Positions 16,384 through 27,331 of a stretch of DNA of 64,000 nucleotides are shown here, one piece after another. The position numbers and the translations under genes were made by a program. Position 1 is the stretch's first letter. The number at the start of each line of letters is the position of its first letter. The notes beneath the pieces were generated by a model. That model was given only the letters and a program-made list of their open reading frames with translations. It was not told the DNA's origin and searched no databases. The DNA comes from Escherichia coli. Its GTDB lineage: Bacteria; Pseudomonadota; Gammaproteobacteria; Enterobacterales; Enterobacteriaceae. The DNA lies in assembly GCF_003334355.1 (NCBI RefSeq), contig NZ_QOWP01000015.1; one strand, written 5' to 3'.

Positions 16384-17811
16384 CTAGCGCGACTGCTGAT
16401 TATATTCATCATCGCGTTGATAAGCTTCATCATTCGGCTGCTCCGGAACCGACCGAAGTCGATACTCTTCATCCTGGCTCACCGCCTGTTCAGCCAAATC
16501 CGGATTAATCTCGCGTTTAATTTCTACTCCTAAACCGCGAAACGCTTCTGCCTGCGCCAGCACATTTCCGCGCCCTGAAGAGAGTTTTTTCATTGCCTGG
16601 CGATAGTTATCCTGCGCTTTGTCGAGACTTTGACCAATCGCTGACATGTCATCGACGAACAAACGCATCTTGTCGTACAGCTTGCTGGCACGATCGGCGA
16701 TTTGCTGGGCGTTGCGGCTTTGATGCTCATAACGCCACAGGTTGGCGATAGTGCGCAGCGCCACCAGCAGCGTAGTCGGGCTAACCAGCATGATATTGTT
16801 TTTCAACGCTTCGGTGATCAGCTCCGGCTGGCGGTCAAGCGCCAGTAAAAAAGCGGGTTCAACGGGAATAAACATCAGCACGTAATCCAGAGTTCGCAGC
16901 CCCGGCAGCTGTTGATAATCTTTGCGTCCCAGCAAACGGATATGGTTACGCACCGACGCGATATGTTCCTGTAGCGCGCTTTCGCGGGTGTAGTCGTCTT
17001 CGGCGTTAAAATAGCGTTCATAGGCGACCAGCGTCATTTTGGCGTCGATCACCACATCTTTTCCCTGCGGCAGGCGCACGATGACATCCGGCTGCATCCG
17101 CGAGCGGGCGTCATTTTCGATGCTGACCTGGGTTTCATATTCATACCCTTCACGCAGACCGGAAGCCTCCAGCACCCGCGTCAATACTACCTCGCCCCAG
17201 TTGCCCTGGGTTTTATTGTCGCCTTTCAGCGCGCGCGTCAGGTTGATCGCTTCCTGGGCCATTTGCGCGTTGAGTTGCTGGAGATTGCGAATTTCGTGGG
17301 TCAGGGTATGGCGTTCTTGTGCTTCTTTACCGAAGCTGTCCTGAACCTGACGGCGGAAACCGTCCAGTTGTTCACGTAGCGGCGACAACAGGCTGTTCAG
17401 ACTCTGACGGTTTTGCTCATCAACCCGGCGATTGCTGTGCTCAAAAATACGGTTGGCGAGGTTTTCAAACTGCTCACTGAGGCGCTGCTCGCTGTTAATC
17501 ATCTGGCGAATTTTATCGTCAGCATGTTGCTGTGCGGCTTCCATCCGCGTGGTTACTTCACGCAGATCGGCCTCCAGAGAGGTGTTAATACTTTGCAGGC
17601 TGCGCACTTCGTTATTGAGTAACTCGCACTCTGCACGCCAGTGCTCGCTTTGGGTAATTTGTTGTTTTGCCGCGCTTAACTCCGCGACCATCTCTTCACG
17701 TTCAGCTAATTGCTCGGCTTTTTGCTGCGCATGTTGATAACTGGCAAACAGCCAGCCAATTGCCACACCCACCAACGCAATAACTGCGTAAACCATGATT
17801 GAGAAATCCAC
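16384..17811 (-). CDS. rmuC: DNA recombination protein RmuC (YigN)
   Basis: 475-aa ORF with N-terminal TM helix and long coiled-coil region; synteny udp-rmuC-ubiE. Confidence 0.92.
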   Translation of the reverse strand: MDFSIMVYAVIALVGVAIGWLFASYQHAQQKAEQLAEREEMVAELSAAKQQITQSEHWRAECELLNNEVRSLQSINTSLEADLREVTTRMEAAQQHADDKIRQMINSEQRLSEQFENLANRIFEHSNRRVDEQNRQSLNSLLSPLREQLDGFRRQVQDSFGKEAQERHTLTHEIRNLQQLNAQMAQEAINLTRALKGDNKTQGNWGEVVLTRVLEASGLREGYEYETQVSIENDARSRMQPDVIVRLPQGKDVVIDAKMTLVAYERYFNAEDDYTRESALQEHIASVRNHIRLLGRKDYQQLPGLRTLDYVLMFIPVEPAFLLALDRQPELITEALKNNIMLVSPTTLLVALRTIANLWRYEHQSRNAQQIADRASKLYDKMRLFVDDMSAIGQSLDKAQDNYRQAMKKLSSGRGNVLAQAEAFRGLGVEIKREINPDLAEQAVSQDEEYRLRSVPEQPNDEAYQRDDEYNQQSR

Positions 17812-17951
17812 AACGCCTCCTGACGCAACAACTTACCCGCACAAAATAGAATTGTGCTGTACAAACGTCCAGTTGGAAAGGCATTTCCTGCGAGGCGCTA
17901 CGCAAAAATACAAAAGGCCGAACGCGTCGGCCTTCAGACAGGAGAAGAGAA

Positions 17952-18713
17952 TTACAGCAGACGACGCGCCGCTTCCACCACGATTTTCACCGCTTGGCTT
18001 TCAGTTTGTTTCATCGTCTCAGCATTCGGGATCTCTTGCTGGGTGCGGTTAACGATAACACCCGCTACCATACCGGCACGCAGGCCCTGACTTGCACACA
18101 TGGTCAGCAGGGTTGCAGATTCCATTTCATAGTTCATTACGCCCATCGCCTGCCACTCTTCCATAGAACCTTTAAAGTGACGAACTACGCGACCAGAGTA
18201 AGTATCGTAACGTTCCTGACCTGGGTAGAAGGTATCAGAAGAAGCTGTCACGCCAACGTGAGTTGTCGCGCCAATGGATTTCGCAGCTTCAACCAGCGCA
18301 GTCGTACATTCGAAATCAGCGACAGCCGGGAATTCCAGCGGTGCGAAGTGCAGGCTCGCGCCATCCAGACGGACAGACGCCGTGGTAACCAGGACATCAC
18401 CCACATTAATATGCGGCTGAATAGCGCCCGTTGTACCGATACGCAGGAAGGTGCGAATGCCCAGCTGTGCCAGCTCTTCAACAGCAATAGAGGTAGACGG
18501 GCCGCCGATACCGGTAGAGCAGACGATAACAGGTTTACCATCCAGCTCTGCACGCCAGGTGGTGAATTCGCGGTGAGATGCCAGCTTAACCGGCTTATCC
18601 ATCAGCGCGGCGATCTTTTCCACACGATCCGGGTCGCCAGGGACGATGGCAAGCGTAGCCCCTTGTAAATCGTTTTTAGTGAGGCCGAGATGAAAAACAT
18701 CAGACTTGGACAT
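17952..18713 (-). CDS. udp: Uridine phosphorylase
   Basis: Track ORF starts at an upstream alternative start; recognised Udp N-terminus [13 protein letters not shown] at ATG 18713 (253 aa). Confidence 0.95.
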   Translation of the reverse strand: MSKSDVFHLGLTKNDLQGATLAIVPGDPDRVEKIAALMDKPVKLASHREFTTWRAELDGKPVIVCSTGIGGPSTSIAVEELAQLGIRTFLRIGTTGAIQPHINVGDVLVTTASVRLDGASLHFAPLEFPAVADFECTTALVEAAKSIGATTHVGVTASSDTFYPGQERYDTYSGRVVRHFKGSMEEWQAMGVMNYEMESATLLTMCASQGLRAGMVAGVIVNRTQQEIPNAETMKQTESQAVKIVVEAARRLL

Positions 18714-18786
18714 ATACAACTCCTCTGTGAATCGGTTTAGTCAGAAGAAGCAAAAAGACACTTTACCGAAGGGTTTAACATTTTTT

Positions 18787-18802
18787 CGTGATACTCATCA
18801 CC
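18787..18802 (-). promoter_or_regulatory. CRP site (promoter-proximal) in udp promoter
   Basis: cGTGAtactcaTCACc matches the TGTGA-N6-TCACA CRP consensus; coordinates +/-2. Confidence 0.5.
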
Positions 18803-18838
18803 ATGACGCAAATGCGTTGCATAAATTTACCCACCAAA

Positions 18839-18854
18839 AGTGATTCAAATCACA
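18839..18854 (-). promoter_or_regulatory. CRP site (distal) in udp promoter, CytR-type tandem arrangement
   Basis: aGTGAttcaaaTCACa; centre about 52 bp from the proximal site, the spacing typical of CytR-regulated promoters. Confidence 0.5.
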
Positions 18855-18974
18855 TAAATCACTCTTCATTCTGCAGGACTGCATAAAAGATGAGCCGATT
18901 CAGGCAATGTGATTTGTTGCATGCTGACTATAGTTAACATTGCGCAACATTTTTATAAGGGTACGGAGAATACC

Positions 18975-19790
18975 ATGGCAACAACACAACAATCTGGATT
19001 TGCACCTGCTGCATCGCCTCTCGCTTCGACCATCGTTCAGACCCCGGACGACGCGATTGTGGCGGGCTTCACCTCTATCCCTTCACAAGGGGATAACATG
19101 CCTGCTTACCATGCCAGACCAAAGCAAAGCGATGGCCCACTGCCAGTGGTCATTGTAGTGCAGGAAATTTTTGGCGTGCATGAACATATCCGCGACATTT
19201 GTCGCCGTCTGGCGCTGGAGGGGTATCTGGCTATCGCACCTGAACTTTACTTCCGCGAAGGCGATCCGAATGATTTTGCCGATATCCCCACGTTGCTTAG
19301 CGGTCTGGTAGCAAAAGTGCCTGACTCGCAGGTGCTGGCCGATCTCGATCATGTCGCCAGTTGGGCTTCCCGCAACGGCGGCGATGTTCATCGTTTAATG
19401 ATCACCGGATTCTGCTGGGGTGGACGTATCACCTGGCTGTATGCCGCGCATAATCCACAGCTAAAAGCCGCAGTGGCGTGGTACGGCAAACTGACGGGCG
19501 ACAAGTCGCTGAATTCACCGAAACAACCTGTTGATATCGCAACCGATCTTAACGCGCCGATTCTCGGCTTATATGGTGGTCAGGATAACAGCATTCCGCA
19601 GGAGAGCGTTGAAACCATGCGCCAGGCGCTGCGGGCTGCTAATGCGAAAGCAGAGATTATCGTGTACCCGGACGCCGGGCATGCATTCAACGCTGATTAT
19701 CGCCCGAGCTATCATGCCGCATCTGCAGAAGATGGCTGGCAGCGTATGCTGGAATGGTTTAAGCAGTATGGTGGGAAGAAGTCGCTGTAA
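18975..19790 (+). CDS. ysgA: Dienelactone hydrolase family protein (putative carboxymethylenebutenolidase) YsgA
   Basis: Track ORF from 18909; 271-aa form begins [12 protein letters not shown] at ATG 18975 after ACGGAGA RBS. Confidence 0.85.
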   Translation: MATTQQSGFAPAASPLASTIVQTPDDAIVAGFTSIPSQGDNMPAYHARPKQSDGPLPVVIVVQEIFGVHEHIRDICRRLALEGYLAIAPELYFREGDPNDFADIPTLLSGLVAKVPDSQVLADLDHVASWASRNGGDVHRLMITGFCWGGRITWLYAAHNPQLKAAVAWYGKLTGDKSLNSPKQPVDIATDLNAPILGLYGGQDNSIPQESVETMRQALRAANAKAEIIVYPDAGHAFNADYRPSYHAASAEDGWQRMLEWFKQYGGKKSL

Positions 19791-19794
19791 TGAG

Positions 19795-19831
19795 AAAAGA
19801 CCGGGTGGTATTACCACCCGGTTTGGATTTT
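19795..19831. terminator. Bidirectional intrinsic terminator between convergent ysgA and metE
   Basis: Hairpin ccgggtgg-tatta-ccacccgg flanked by an A-run upstream and T-rich tract downstream; overlaps the metE stop. Confidence 0.6.
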
Positions 19832-22091
19832 ACCCCCGACGCAAGTTCTGCGCCGCCTGCACCATGTTCGCCAGTGCCGCGCGGGTTTCTGGCCAGCCGC
19901 GCGTTTTCAGGCCACAGTCCGGGTTGACCCACAGGCGCTCTGCCGGAATGCGTTTTGCCGCTTTCTTCAGCAAGGCTTCAATCCATTCCACGCTCGGTAC
20001 GTTTGGCGAGTGAATGTCATAGACGCCAGGACCGATTTCATTTGGATAATCAAACTCTTCAAACGACTCCAGCAACTCCATGTCGGAACGCGAGGTTTCG
20101 ATGGTGATGACGTCTGCGTCCAGCGCCGCAATCGAATCCATGATGTCGTTGAACTCGCAATAACACATGTGAGTGTGGATTTGTGTGTCATCTTTCGCCA
20201 CGGCGGCGTTGATACGGAAGGCCTCTACGCCCCACTGGAGATACGCATCCCAGTCGCTACGACGCAGCGGTAAACCTTCGCGCAGCGCCGGTTCGTCAAT
20301 CTGGATGATGCCAATTCCAGCGGCTTCCAGATCGGCCACTTCATCACGCAGCGCCAGCGCAATCTGTTTGGCGATGGTTTCACGGCTGACATCTTCACGC
20401 GGGAACGACCAGCAGAGTATGGTCACCGGCCCCGTCAGCATCCCTTTCACCGGTTTGTCGGTCAGCGATTGCGCATACTTCGCCCACTCCACGGTAATCG
20501 GTGCCGGGCGGCTAATGTCACCAATGACAATCGGTGGCTTCACGCAGCGGGAACCGTAGCTCTGTACCCAACCGTTTTGCGTAAAGACAAATCCGTCGAG
20601 GTGCTCGCCAAAGTATTCCACCATGTCATTACGCTCGGCCTCGCCATGTACCAGCACATCCAGTCCCAAACGTTCCTGCTCAACAATGGCCTGCTTGATA
20701 TGTTCCGCAATGCCCGTGCGGTAGTTGTTGGCGTCGAGATTGCCCTTTTTGAAATCCAGACGCAGGGTACGAATTTCCGTGGTTTGCGGGAAGGAACCAA
20801 TCGTGGTGGTCGGCCACGCTGGCAGTTTAAAACGCGCACGCTGGGCTTCAGCACGCACTTCATAGACATTCGCACGCTGGCTGTCCTGGGCGGTGATCGC
20901 CGCCAGACGCTTTTCTACCGCCGGATTATGTACGCGGGTAGAGTGACGACGTGCCTGAATCGGGGCGCTCCACTCTGCCAGAGCTGCCGTGTCACCACTG
21001 TTCAGCGCATCGCGCAGCAGTGCCAGTTCATGGCATTTTTGTAGGGCGAAGGCAAACCAGCTTTTCACTTCTGCATCAAGACGCGTTTCCACGCTCAGGT
21101 CGATGGGGCTGTGCAGCAACGAGCAGGAAGATGCCACCCACAAATCACGTTTGCCGACAATGTCCTTAATTTGCGCATATTTCTCGGTAAGATCGGCGCG
21201 CCAGACGTTACGACCATTGATCAGACCCGCAGACAGCAACCAGTCAGAAGGCAGGCGCTTGTGCAGTTCAGCAACGTCATCTTTACCATGTACGAGGTCA
21301 ACATGCAGACCCTGAACAGGCAGCGCAGTAATCGTGTCGAGATTTGGCGTTACGCCTTCAAAATAGGTGGTCAGCAGCAGTTTCACCTGTCCCTGGAGCG
21401 CGTCGTAAGCGGGTTTGTATGCGTCCAGCCACGCCTGTGGTAGTTCCAGTACCAGCGCGGGTTCATCAATCTGTACCCACTCGATGCCGCGTTTCGCCAG
21501 TTCTGCCAGCACTTGCTGATAAACCGGCAGAATGTCGTTCAGCAGGCTAAGGCGGTCAAACTGTTCACCTTTCACTTTCCCCAGCCACAGGTAAGTAACC
21601 GGCCCCAGCAGCACAGGCTTAACGTTGTGGCCCAGCGCCAGCGCCTCGTCCACTTCCTCCAGCAGCTGCGTCCAGGTCAGTTTGAACTGTTGGCCTTTAA
21701 CGAACTCCGGCACCATGTAGTGATAGTTGGTGTTAAACCATTTGGTCATTTCCGCTGCCGCCGCAGGTTCGCCAGTCGGCGCACGTCCACGACCAATACG
21801 GAACAGGGTGTCGATATCTACCGAACCGTCTTTGTTCTGATGACGTGGCGGAACATTACCCAGCAGCAAACTGGTGGTCAGTACATGATCGTACCAGGCA
21901 AAATCGCCCACCGGCAGCAGGTCGATACCCGCTTGCTTTTGTTGATCCCAGTGACGAGCACGCAGTTCACGCCCTACTGTCAGCAGTTCTTCACGCATGG
22001 AGTTCCCCGCCCAATAACTTTCTTGCGCTTTTTTCAGCTCGCGACGCAGGCCAACGCGAGGGAAACCGAGGGTGTGATTAAGAATTGTCAT
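19830..22091 (-). CDS. metE: Cobalamin-independent methionine synthase MetE
   Basis: 753-aa ORF recognised as MetE. Confidence 0.96.
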   Translation of the reverse strand: MTILNHTLGFPRVGLRRELKKAQESYWAGNSMREELLTVGRELRARHWDQQKQAGIDLLPVGDFAWYDHVLTTSLLLGNVPPRHQNKDGSVDIDTLFRIGRGRAPTGEPAAAAEMTKWFNTNYHYMVPEFVKGQQFKLTWTQLLEEVDEALALGHNVKPVLLGPVTYLWLGKVKGEQFDRLSLLNDILPVYQQVLAELAKRGIEWVQIDEPALVLELPQAWLDAYKPAYDALQGQVKLLLTTYFEGVTPNLDTITALPVQGLHVDLVHGKDDVAELHKRLPSDWLLSAGLINGRNVWRADLTEKYAQIKDIVGKRDLWVASSCSLLHSPIDLSVETRLDAEVKSWFAFALQKCHELALLRDALNSGDTAALAEWSAPIQARRHSTRVHNPAVEKRLAAITAQDSQRANVYEVRAEAQRARFKLPAWPTTTIGSFPQTTEIRTLRLDFKKGNLDANNYRTGIAEHIKQAIVEQERLGLDVLVHGEAERNDMVEYFGEHLDGFVFTQNGWVQSYGSRCVKPPIVIGDISRPAPITVEWAKYAQSLTDKPVKGMLTGPVTILCWSFPREDVSRETIAKQIALALRDEVADLEAAGIGIIQIDEPALREGLPLRRSDWDAYLQWGVEAFRINAAVAKDDTQIHTHMCYCEFNDIMDSIAALDADVITIETSRSDMELLESFEEFDYPNEIGPGVYDIHSPNVPSVEWIEALLKKAAKRIPAERLWVNPDCGLKTRGWPETRAALANMVQAAQNLRRG

Positions 22092-22121
22092 TATATGCCC
22101 CTTATGGAATTTTTAGTATTT

Positions 22122-22145
22122 AGCCGTCCAGATGTTTACACATCC
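22122..22145. promoter_or_regulatory. Candidate MetJ operator (three tandem met-box-like octamers)
   Basis: agccgtcc-agatgttt-acacatcc, each 5-6/8 matches to AGACGTCT, in the metE-metR divergent promoter region. Confidence 0.4.
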
Positions 22146-22196
22146 ATAATTGGCGGTTACTGTATATTCCTCAAGCGCAAATTATTCATGCCGAAG

Positions 22197-22209
22197 TGAA
22201 GGACTTTCA
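22197..22209. promoter_or_regulatory. Candidate MetR binding site (TGAA-N5-TTCA)
   Basis: TGAAggactTTCA immediately abutting the metR start codon. Confidence 0.35.
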
Positions 22210-23162
22210 TGATCGAAGTAAAACACCTGAAAACGCTACAAGCGTTGCGGAACTGCGGCTCTCTCGCAGCCGCTGCGGCGACGTTGCATCAGACGCAATC
22301 CGCCCTGTCTCACCAGTTTAGCGATCTGGAACAACGCCTTGGCTTCCGGCTATTTGTGCGTAAGAGCCAGCCGCTACGCTTTACACCGCAGGGAGAAATC
22401 CTGTTGCAACTGGCAAACCAGGTGCTGCCGCAAATCAGCCAGGCACTGCAAGCCTGCAATGAACCGCAGCAGACGCGTCTGCGCATTGCCATTGAGTGCC
22501 ATAGCTGTATTCAGTGGCTGACGCCCGCGTTAGAAAATTTCCATAAGAACTGGCCGCAGGTAGAGATGGATTTTAAATCGGGCGTGACGTTTGACCCGCA
22601 GCCCGCGTTGCAACAGGGCGAGCTGGATCTGGTGATGACCTCCGATATCCTGCCGCGCAGTGGCCTGCATTATTCGCCGATGTTCGACTATGAAGTGCGT
22701 CTGGTGTTAGCACCTGACCATCCACTGGCGGCGAAAACGCGAATTACACCGGAAGATCTCGCCAGCGAGACGCTGTTGATTTATCCGGTACAGCGTAGTC
22801 GACTGGATGTCTGGCGGCATTTTCTTCAGCCGGCAGGCGTCAGCCCGTCACTGAAAAGCGTCGATAACACCTTATTGTTGATTCAGATGGTTGCCGCACG
22901 GATGGGTATTGCCGCGCTACCGCATTGGGTAGTAGAGAGTTTTGAGCGCCAGGGTCTGGTGGTGACCAAAACCCTGGGCGAAGGCTTGTGGAGCCGACTG
23001 TACGCCGCCGTGCGCGATGGAGAGCAGCGTCAGCCAGTTACGGAAGCGTTTATTCGCTCAGCGCGCAATCACGCCTGCGATCATCTGCCGTTTGTGAAGA
23101 GCGCGGAGCGACCCACTTACGATGCACCCACAGTGAGGCCAGGATCACCAGCGCGCCTGTAA
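22209..23162 (+). CDS. metR: LysR-family transcriptional regulator MetR
   Basis: 317-aa ORF with N-terminal HTH recognised as MetR. Confidence 0.95.
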
Positions 23163-23949
23163 TGAACGTTGGCCAGTGCGGCTGTTGGTGCCAGATAGCC
23201 AGGTTTACCAGCAGCCCTGCCGGAACGTGCATATTATTCATAATGCCCAGCGTTCCGGCGTCCACCTGCGTCGCGCCGTAGTTCCACATAAAGTAGCCAA
23301 TCCCGGAAGCCACCACGCCAAGAAACACCAGAATGCCCCATTGCAACGTGGTTTGCGGCATTTTCTGCGTATTTCCCAGCAAGAACCATGCAATTACCGC
23401 CACCAGGAACGCGCCAAGATAGAACCACGCAAAGGCGTTATGCTGCGGCATCGGGCGAGTTTCCATCAGGCGTTTGTAACCCACCATGCCGATGGCAAAA
23501 GTGATATTGGAGAGTTGCACCAGCAACAAGCCAGTCCAGAAATGGTCGGTGACCTGATCATAGCGAATAATCCCGGCACCAATCACCGCCAACAAGGCAC
23601 TAAAAGCATATCCCCAGCGCAGACGGCGCTTACTCATGATGTCATAAATCAGCGTGATGTAGAGCGGCGTCAGTACGGTGAACAGCAGCAGTTCGGAAAC
23701 CGTCAGGTAGAGATAAGCGCGGAAACTCAGCATATACATCACGCCGAGCTGCATCGCGCCCACCAGCATATACAGGCCGACTGTTTTCAGGCTATTGCCA
23801 CGGGTACGCAGAAACGGCAGAAAAACGAGTGCCGCCAGGCCAACGCGCACCAGCACCGCAAAATAGCTATCGACGTGCCCCGCAAGGTACTCGCCATAAA
23901 AGCTAAAGGAGAAGGCCCACAGAATCGTGGTGATGATAAGTAGCGCCAC
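23050..23949 (-). CDS. yigM: EamA/DMT-family inner membrane transporter YigM (biotin uptake, BioP)
   Basis: 299-aa polytopic membrane ORF recognised as YigM; 3' end overlaps the metR 3' end convergently. Confidence 0.88.
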
Positions 23950-24024
23950 AATGGAAAACTCTTTGATTAACGGGTATCCATTGTAGCGAAGTATCAGGTT
24001 GACAACTGACCAAATAAAGAACGA

Positions 24025-24825
24025 TTACGATAAATAGAGTTTACGCAGATAATGCGGCACCGCGTCGTCGGCATTAGTACCAATCACTTCCAGCTCGGGA
24101 TGAAGGTCTTTCAGACGCTGGTGCGCACTGCCCATAATGCAGCCTTTCCCCGCCATCGACAGCATTTCGGCGTCGTTCATCCCGTCACCAAACGCAATAC
24201 AATCCTTCAGGCTGTAGCCCAGTTTCTTCGCCACCGCTTCCAGCGCATGGCCTTTTGAAACGCCGCCCGCCATCACTTCCAGACAGGTTAAGGTAGAGAA
24301 ACTGACGTTGACGCGATCGCCCCAACGAGCGTTAATCGCCTGCTCCAGCGGCAGCAGTTGTTCATGGGAATCGCAGGTGAAGAACACTTTGCTGACGCCT
24401 TCCGGCTCCAGTAATCCAGGCTCATACAGCGCATATTGGAACACCGCTTCTTTAAAAAAGCGCATCTCTTCCGGGCGATGGCGATTCATAAACCATTCGT
24501 CGTCGCGATAAACGTTAGTAATGATGTCCGGATTGTCGTTGACTACGCCAAACAGATCGCTGGCAATGTCGCGATCCAGGTTATGAGCAAAAATCAGATT
24601 ACCATCCAGATCGTGAACGCGCGCACCATTGGAGGTAATCATGTAAGACTTAATCTCCAGATTATCGCGAATTTGCCCCACATCAACGTGGTGACGACCG
24701 GTCGCAAACACAAAGTTGATGCCGCGCGCGGTGAGCAGCTTCAGAGTTTCTTTGGCGTAAGGGGATAACGTATGGTCGGGAGAAAGTAACGTGCCATCTA
24801 AATCAGACGCAACAACCTGGTACAT
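24025..24825 (-). CDS. yigL: HAD-superfamily (Cof-type) sugar-phosphate phosphatase YigL
   Basis: Track ORF runs into pldB; recognised 266-aa YigL begins MYQVVASDLDGTLL at ATG 24825, 7 bp below the pldB stop. Confidence 0.9.
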   Translation of the reverse strand: MYQVVASDLDGTLLSPDHTLSPYAKETLKLLTARGINFVFATGRHHVDVGQIRDNLEIKSYMITSNGARVHDLDGNLIFAHNLDRDIASDLFGVVNDNPDIITNVYRDDEWFMNRHRPEEMRFFKEAVFQYALYEPGLLEPEGVSKVFFTCDSHEQLLPLEQAINARWGDRVNVSFSTLTCLEVMAGGVSKGHALEAVAKKLGYSLKDCIAFGDGMNDAEMLSMAGKGCIMGSAHQRLKDLHPELEVIGTNADDAVPHYLRKLYLS

Positions 24826-24832
24826 AAGAAAT

Positions 24833-25855
24833 TTAAACCTCTGTAGAGCGGTTTCCGCTGGGTGAGTTATGCCTGTTGAAAAAATCAACGATGGCGTGGA
24901 GCGCGACTGAGCGCATTGCGTCCTTTTCAAAAAGGATCTCATGGTAAGCACCTTTAATTACCAACGGCCGTCCTCCTTCGACAGGATGGCCCGCGGCGGT
25001 GCGGAGTTCACAAAAACGGTCATGCATGCGGTTATCCACCACGCGTTCCTCTTCAGCCTGCAAGAGAAGCGTTGGCGTGGCGTCATCACCCGCACCGGCT
25101 AACACCTGTTCGCCAGCCAGAATACTTTCGCGTACCCAATGGTAGGTCGGCCCACCGACGCGAATCGTTGGGTCATCAGCATAGAAGCGTAAGTTACGTC
25201 GATATCGCTGTCTGCTGTGGGTCAGTACGTTGATAGCAAACGGCAACGCGCGCCAGCGCCCGGTGCCTATTGCATAGCCATCACGGAAACGTGGATGCGC
25301 TTCGGCCCAGTTGAGGATCTGCCGTGCCATAAATGACGGCATACGAATCACGATCCCAAACATTGGCGCAGTTAGCGCAATGGCGTCACATACACCTGGA
25401 TGGCGTTGCAGAAATAATGTGGAGATCGCACCGCCCATCGAATGTGCCAGTATATAGCGTTTACGCCACGGACCGGGCTGAACCTCCTGCTGCCAGAATG
25501 CCGCCAGATCATCAACATAATCATTAAAGCGATTAACATGCCCGAGATGCGGATCGGCTAACAGGCGACCGGAACGTCCCTGCCCGCGATGGTCGATGAT
25601 TAAGACATCAAACCCCAAATGGAACAGGTCGTAGGCCAGTTCCGCATATTTTACGTAGCTCTCAATACGCCCCGGGCAGATGACTACCACCCGGTCATGG
25701 TGCTGTGCGCGAAAACGGACAAAGCGCACCGGAATGTCATCCACACCAGTAAACTCTGCTTCATCACGCTGACGCCAGAAATCAGTCAGCGGTCCCAGGG
25801 TAAAAGCAGCAAACGCGTTTTCTCTTGTTTCCCAGTCTTTTTGCTGCTGAAACAT
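24833..25855 (-). CDS. pldB: Lysophospholipase L2
   Basis: 340-aa alpha/beta hydrolase ORF (HSMGG motif) recognised as PldB. Confidence 0.93.
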   Translation of the reverse strand: MFQQQKDWETRENAFAAFTLGPLTDFWRQRDEAEFTGVDDIPVRFVRFRAQHHDRVVVICPGRIESYVKYAELAYDLFHLGFDVLIIDHRGQGRSGRLLADPHLGHVNRFNDYVDDLAAFWQQEVQPGPWRKRYILAHSMGGAISTLFLQRHPGVCDAIALTAPMFGIVIRMPSFMARQILNWAEAHPRFRDGYAIGTGRWRALPFAINVLTHSRQRYRRNLRFYADDPTIRVGGPTYHWVRESILAGEQVLAGAGDDATPTLLLQAEEERVVDNRMHDRFCELRTAAGHPVEGGRPLVIKGAYHEILFEKDAMRSVALHAIVDFFNRHNSPSGNRSTEV

Positions 25856-25965
25856 CGGGTAATCTGCCTCTTAAACCACGTAAAATCGTTTTTTTTAGCG
25901 TGCCTGACACAACGCTGCGACAGTAGCGTATTGTGGCACAAAAATAGACACACCGGGAGTTCATC

Positions 25966-26586
25966 ATGACCTTAGAATGGTGGTTTGCCTACCTGCTGAC
26001 ATCGATCATTTTAAGCCTGTCGCCAGGCTCTGGTGCAATCAACACTATGACCACCTCGCTCAACCACGGTTATCGCGGCGCGGTGGCGTCTATTGCTGGG
26101 CTTCAGACCGGACTGGCGATTCATATTGTGCTGGTTGGCGTGGGGTTGGGGACGCTATTTTCCCGCTCAGTGATTGCGTTTGAAGTGTTGAAGTGGGCAG
26201 GCGCGGCTTACTTGATTTGGCTGGGAATCCAGCAGTGGCGCGCCGCTGGTGCAATTGACCTTAAATCGCTGGCCTCTACTCAATCGCGTCGACATTTGTT
26301 CCAGCGCGCAGTTTTTGTGAATCTCACCAATCCCAAAAGTATTGTGTTTCTGGCGGCGCTATTTCCGCAATTCATCATGCCACAGCAGCCGCAACTGATG
26401 CAGTATATCGTGCTCGGCGTCACCACTATTGTAGTCGATATTATTGTGATGATCGGTTACGCCACCCTTGCTCAACGGATTGCTCTATGGATTAAAGGAC
26501 CAAAGCAGATGAAGGCGCTGAATAAGATTTTCGGCTCGTTGTTTATGCTGGTGGGAGCGCTGTTAGCATCGGCGAGGCATGCGTGA
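25966..26586 (+). CDS. rhtB: Homoserine/homoserine lactone efflux protein RhtB (LysE family)
   Basis: 206-aa membrane ORF recognised as RhtB. Confidence 0.93.
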
Positions 26587-26594
26587 AAAATAAT

Positions 26595-26628
26595 GTCGGA
26601 TGCGGCGTAAACGCCTTATCCGACTTAC
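26595..26628. repeat. REP element between convergent rhtB and rhtC
   Basis: ggatgcggcgtaaacgccttatccg REP core. Confidence 0.7.
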
Positions 26629-26647
26629 TCTGAAGACGCGTCTGGCA

Positions 26648-27268
26648 TCACCGCGAAATAATCAAATGAATGCCAAATCCGGCAAATAACGCCCCGGCAA
26701 AACCATCAATCCACTTCGCCAGACGTTGATAACCACGGCGCATTTGCGGCAGGGCAAACAGGCTGGCAACGACGGTAAACCACGCCAGTGTTTCGACAAT
26801 GATCAGCGCAAAAATGCCCCAGCGCGCGGTAGTGCCAACGTTATCACCGACAAACAATGAGAACACCGAGCCAAAGTAGATAATCGCTTTCGGATTAGCG
26901 AGATTGGTCAGTAAACCTTTCAGGAAACTGCGCCCGCTTTTCGCCAGCTCAATCTGTGGTGCAGGCGCAGATACAGCCTCTTTTTTCAGTGCACCGCGTA
27001 GCATCTGGTAACCCATCCAGCAGAGATACAGGCCACCGCCAACCATAATCAGCGTATGCAGCCAGGCCATTTTTTCGATAATCAAATGCAGGCCAAGCAA
27101 CGCAATCCCAGCCCAAACCATTACACCGCAGGTAATGCCCAGCACGCCCATCATCGCTTCTTTACGGGAACGACTGACAGCGGTCTGAGAGACAAAAAAG
27201 AAATCGGGACCGGGGCTCATAAGCGCCACAATATGCACCATGGCGACGGTGAGAAATAACATCAACAT
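26648..27268 (-). CDS. rhtC: Threonine efflux protein RhtC (LysE family)
   Basis: 206-aa membrane ORF recognised as RhtC. Confidence 0.93.
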   Translation of the reverse strand: MLMLFLTVAMVHIVALMSPGPDFFFVSQTAVSRSRKEAMMGVLGITCGVMVWAGIALLGLHLIIEKMAWLHTLIMVGGGLYLCWMGYQMLRGALKKEAVSAPAPQIELAKSGRSFLKGLLTNLANPKAIIYFGSVFSLFVGDNVGTTARWGIFALIIVETLAWFTVVASLFALPQMRRGYQRLAKWIDGFAGALFAGFGIHLIISR

Positions 27269-27331
27269 ACATTTGACTCGCGGGGGAAACGTTTACGGAG
27301 TCTTCATCCTGGCACTTTTTTATGCCGCTGA

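Noticed and set aside
21513-22199. 228-aa ORF on the + strand
   Set aside because: Antisense to metE (shadow ORF).
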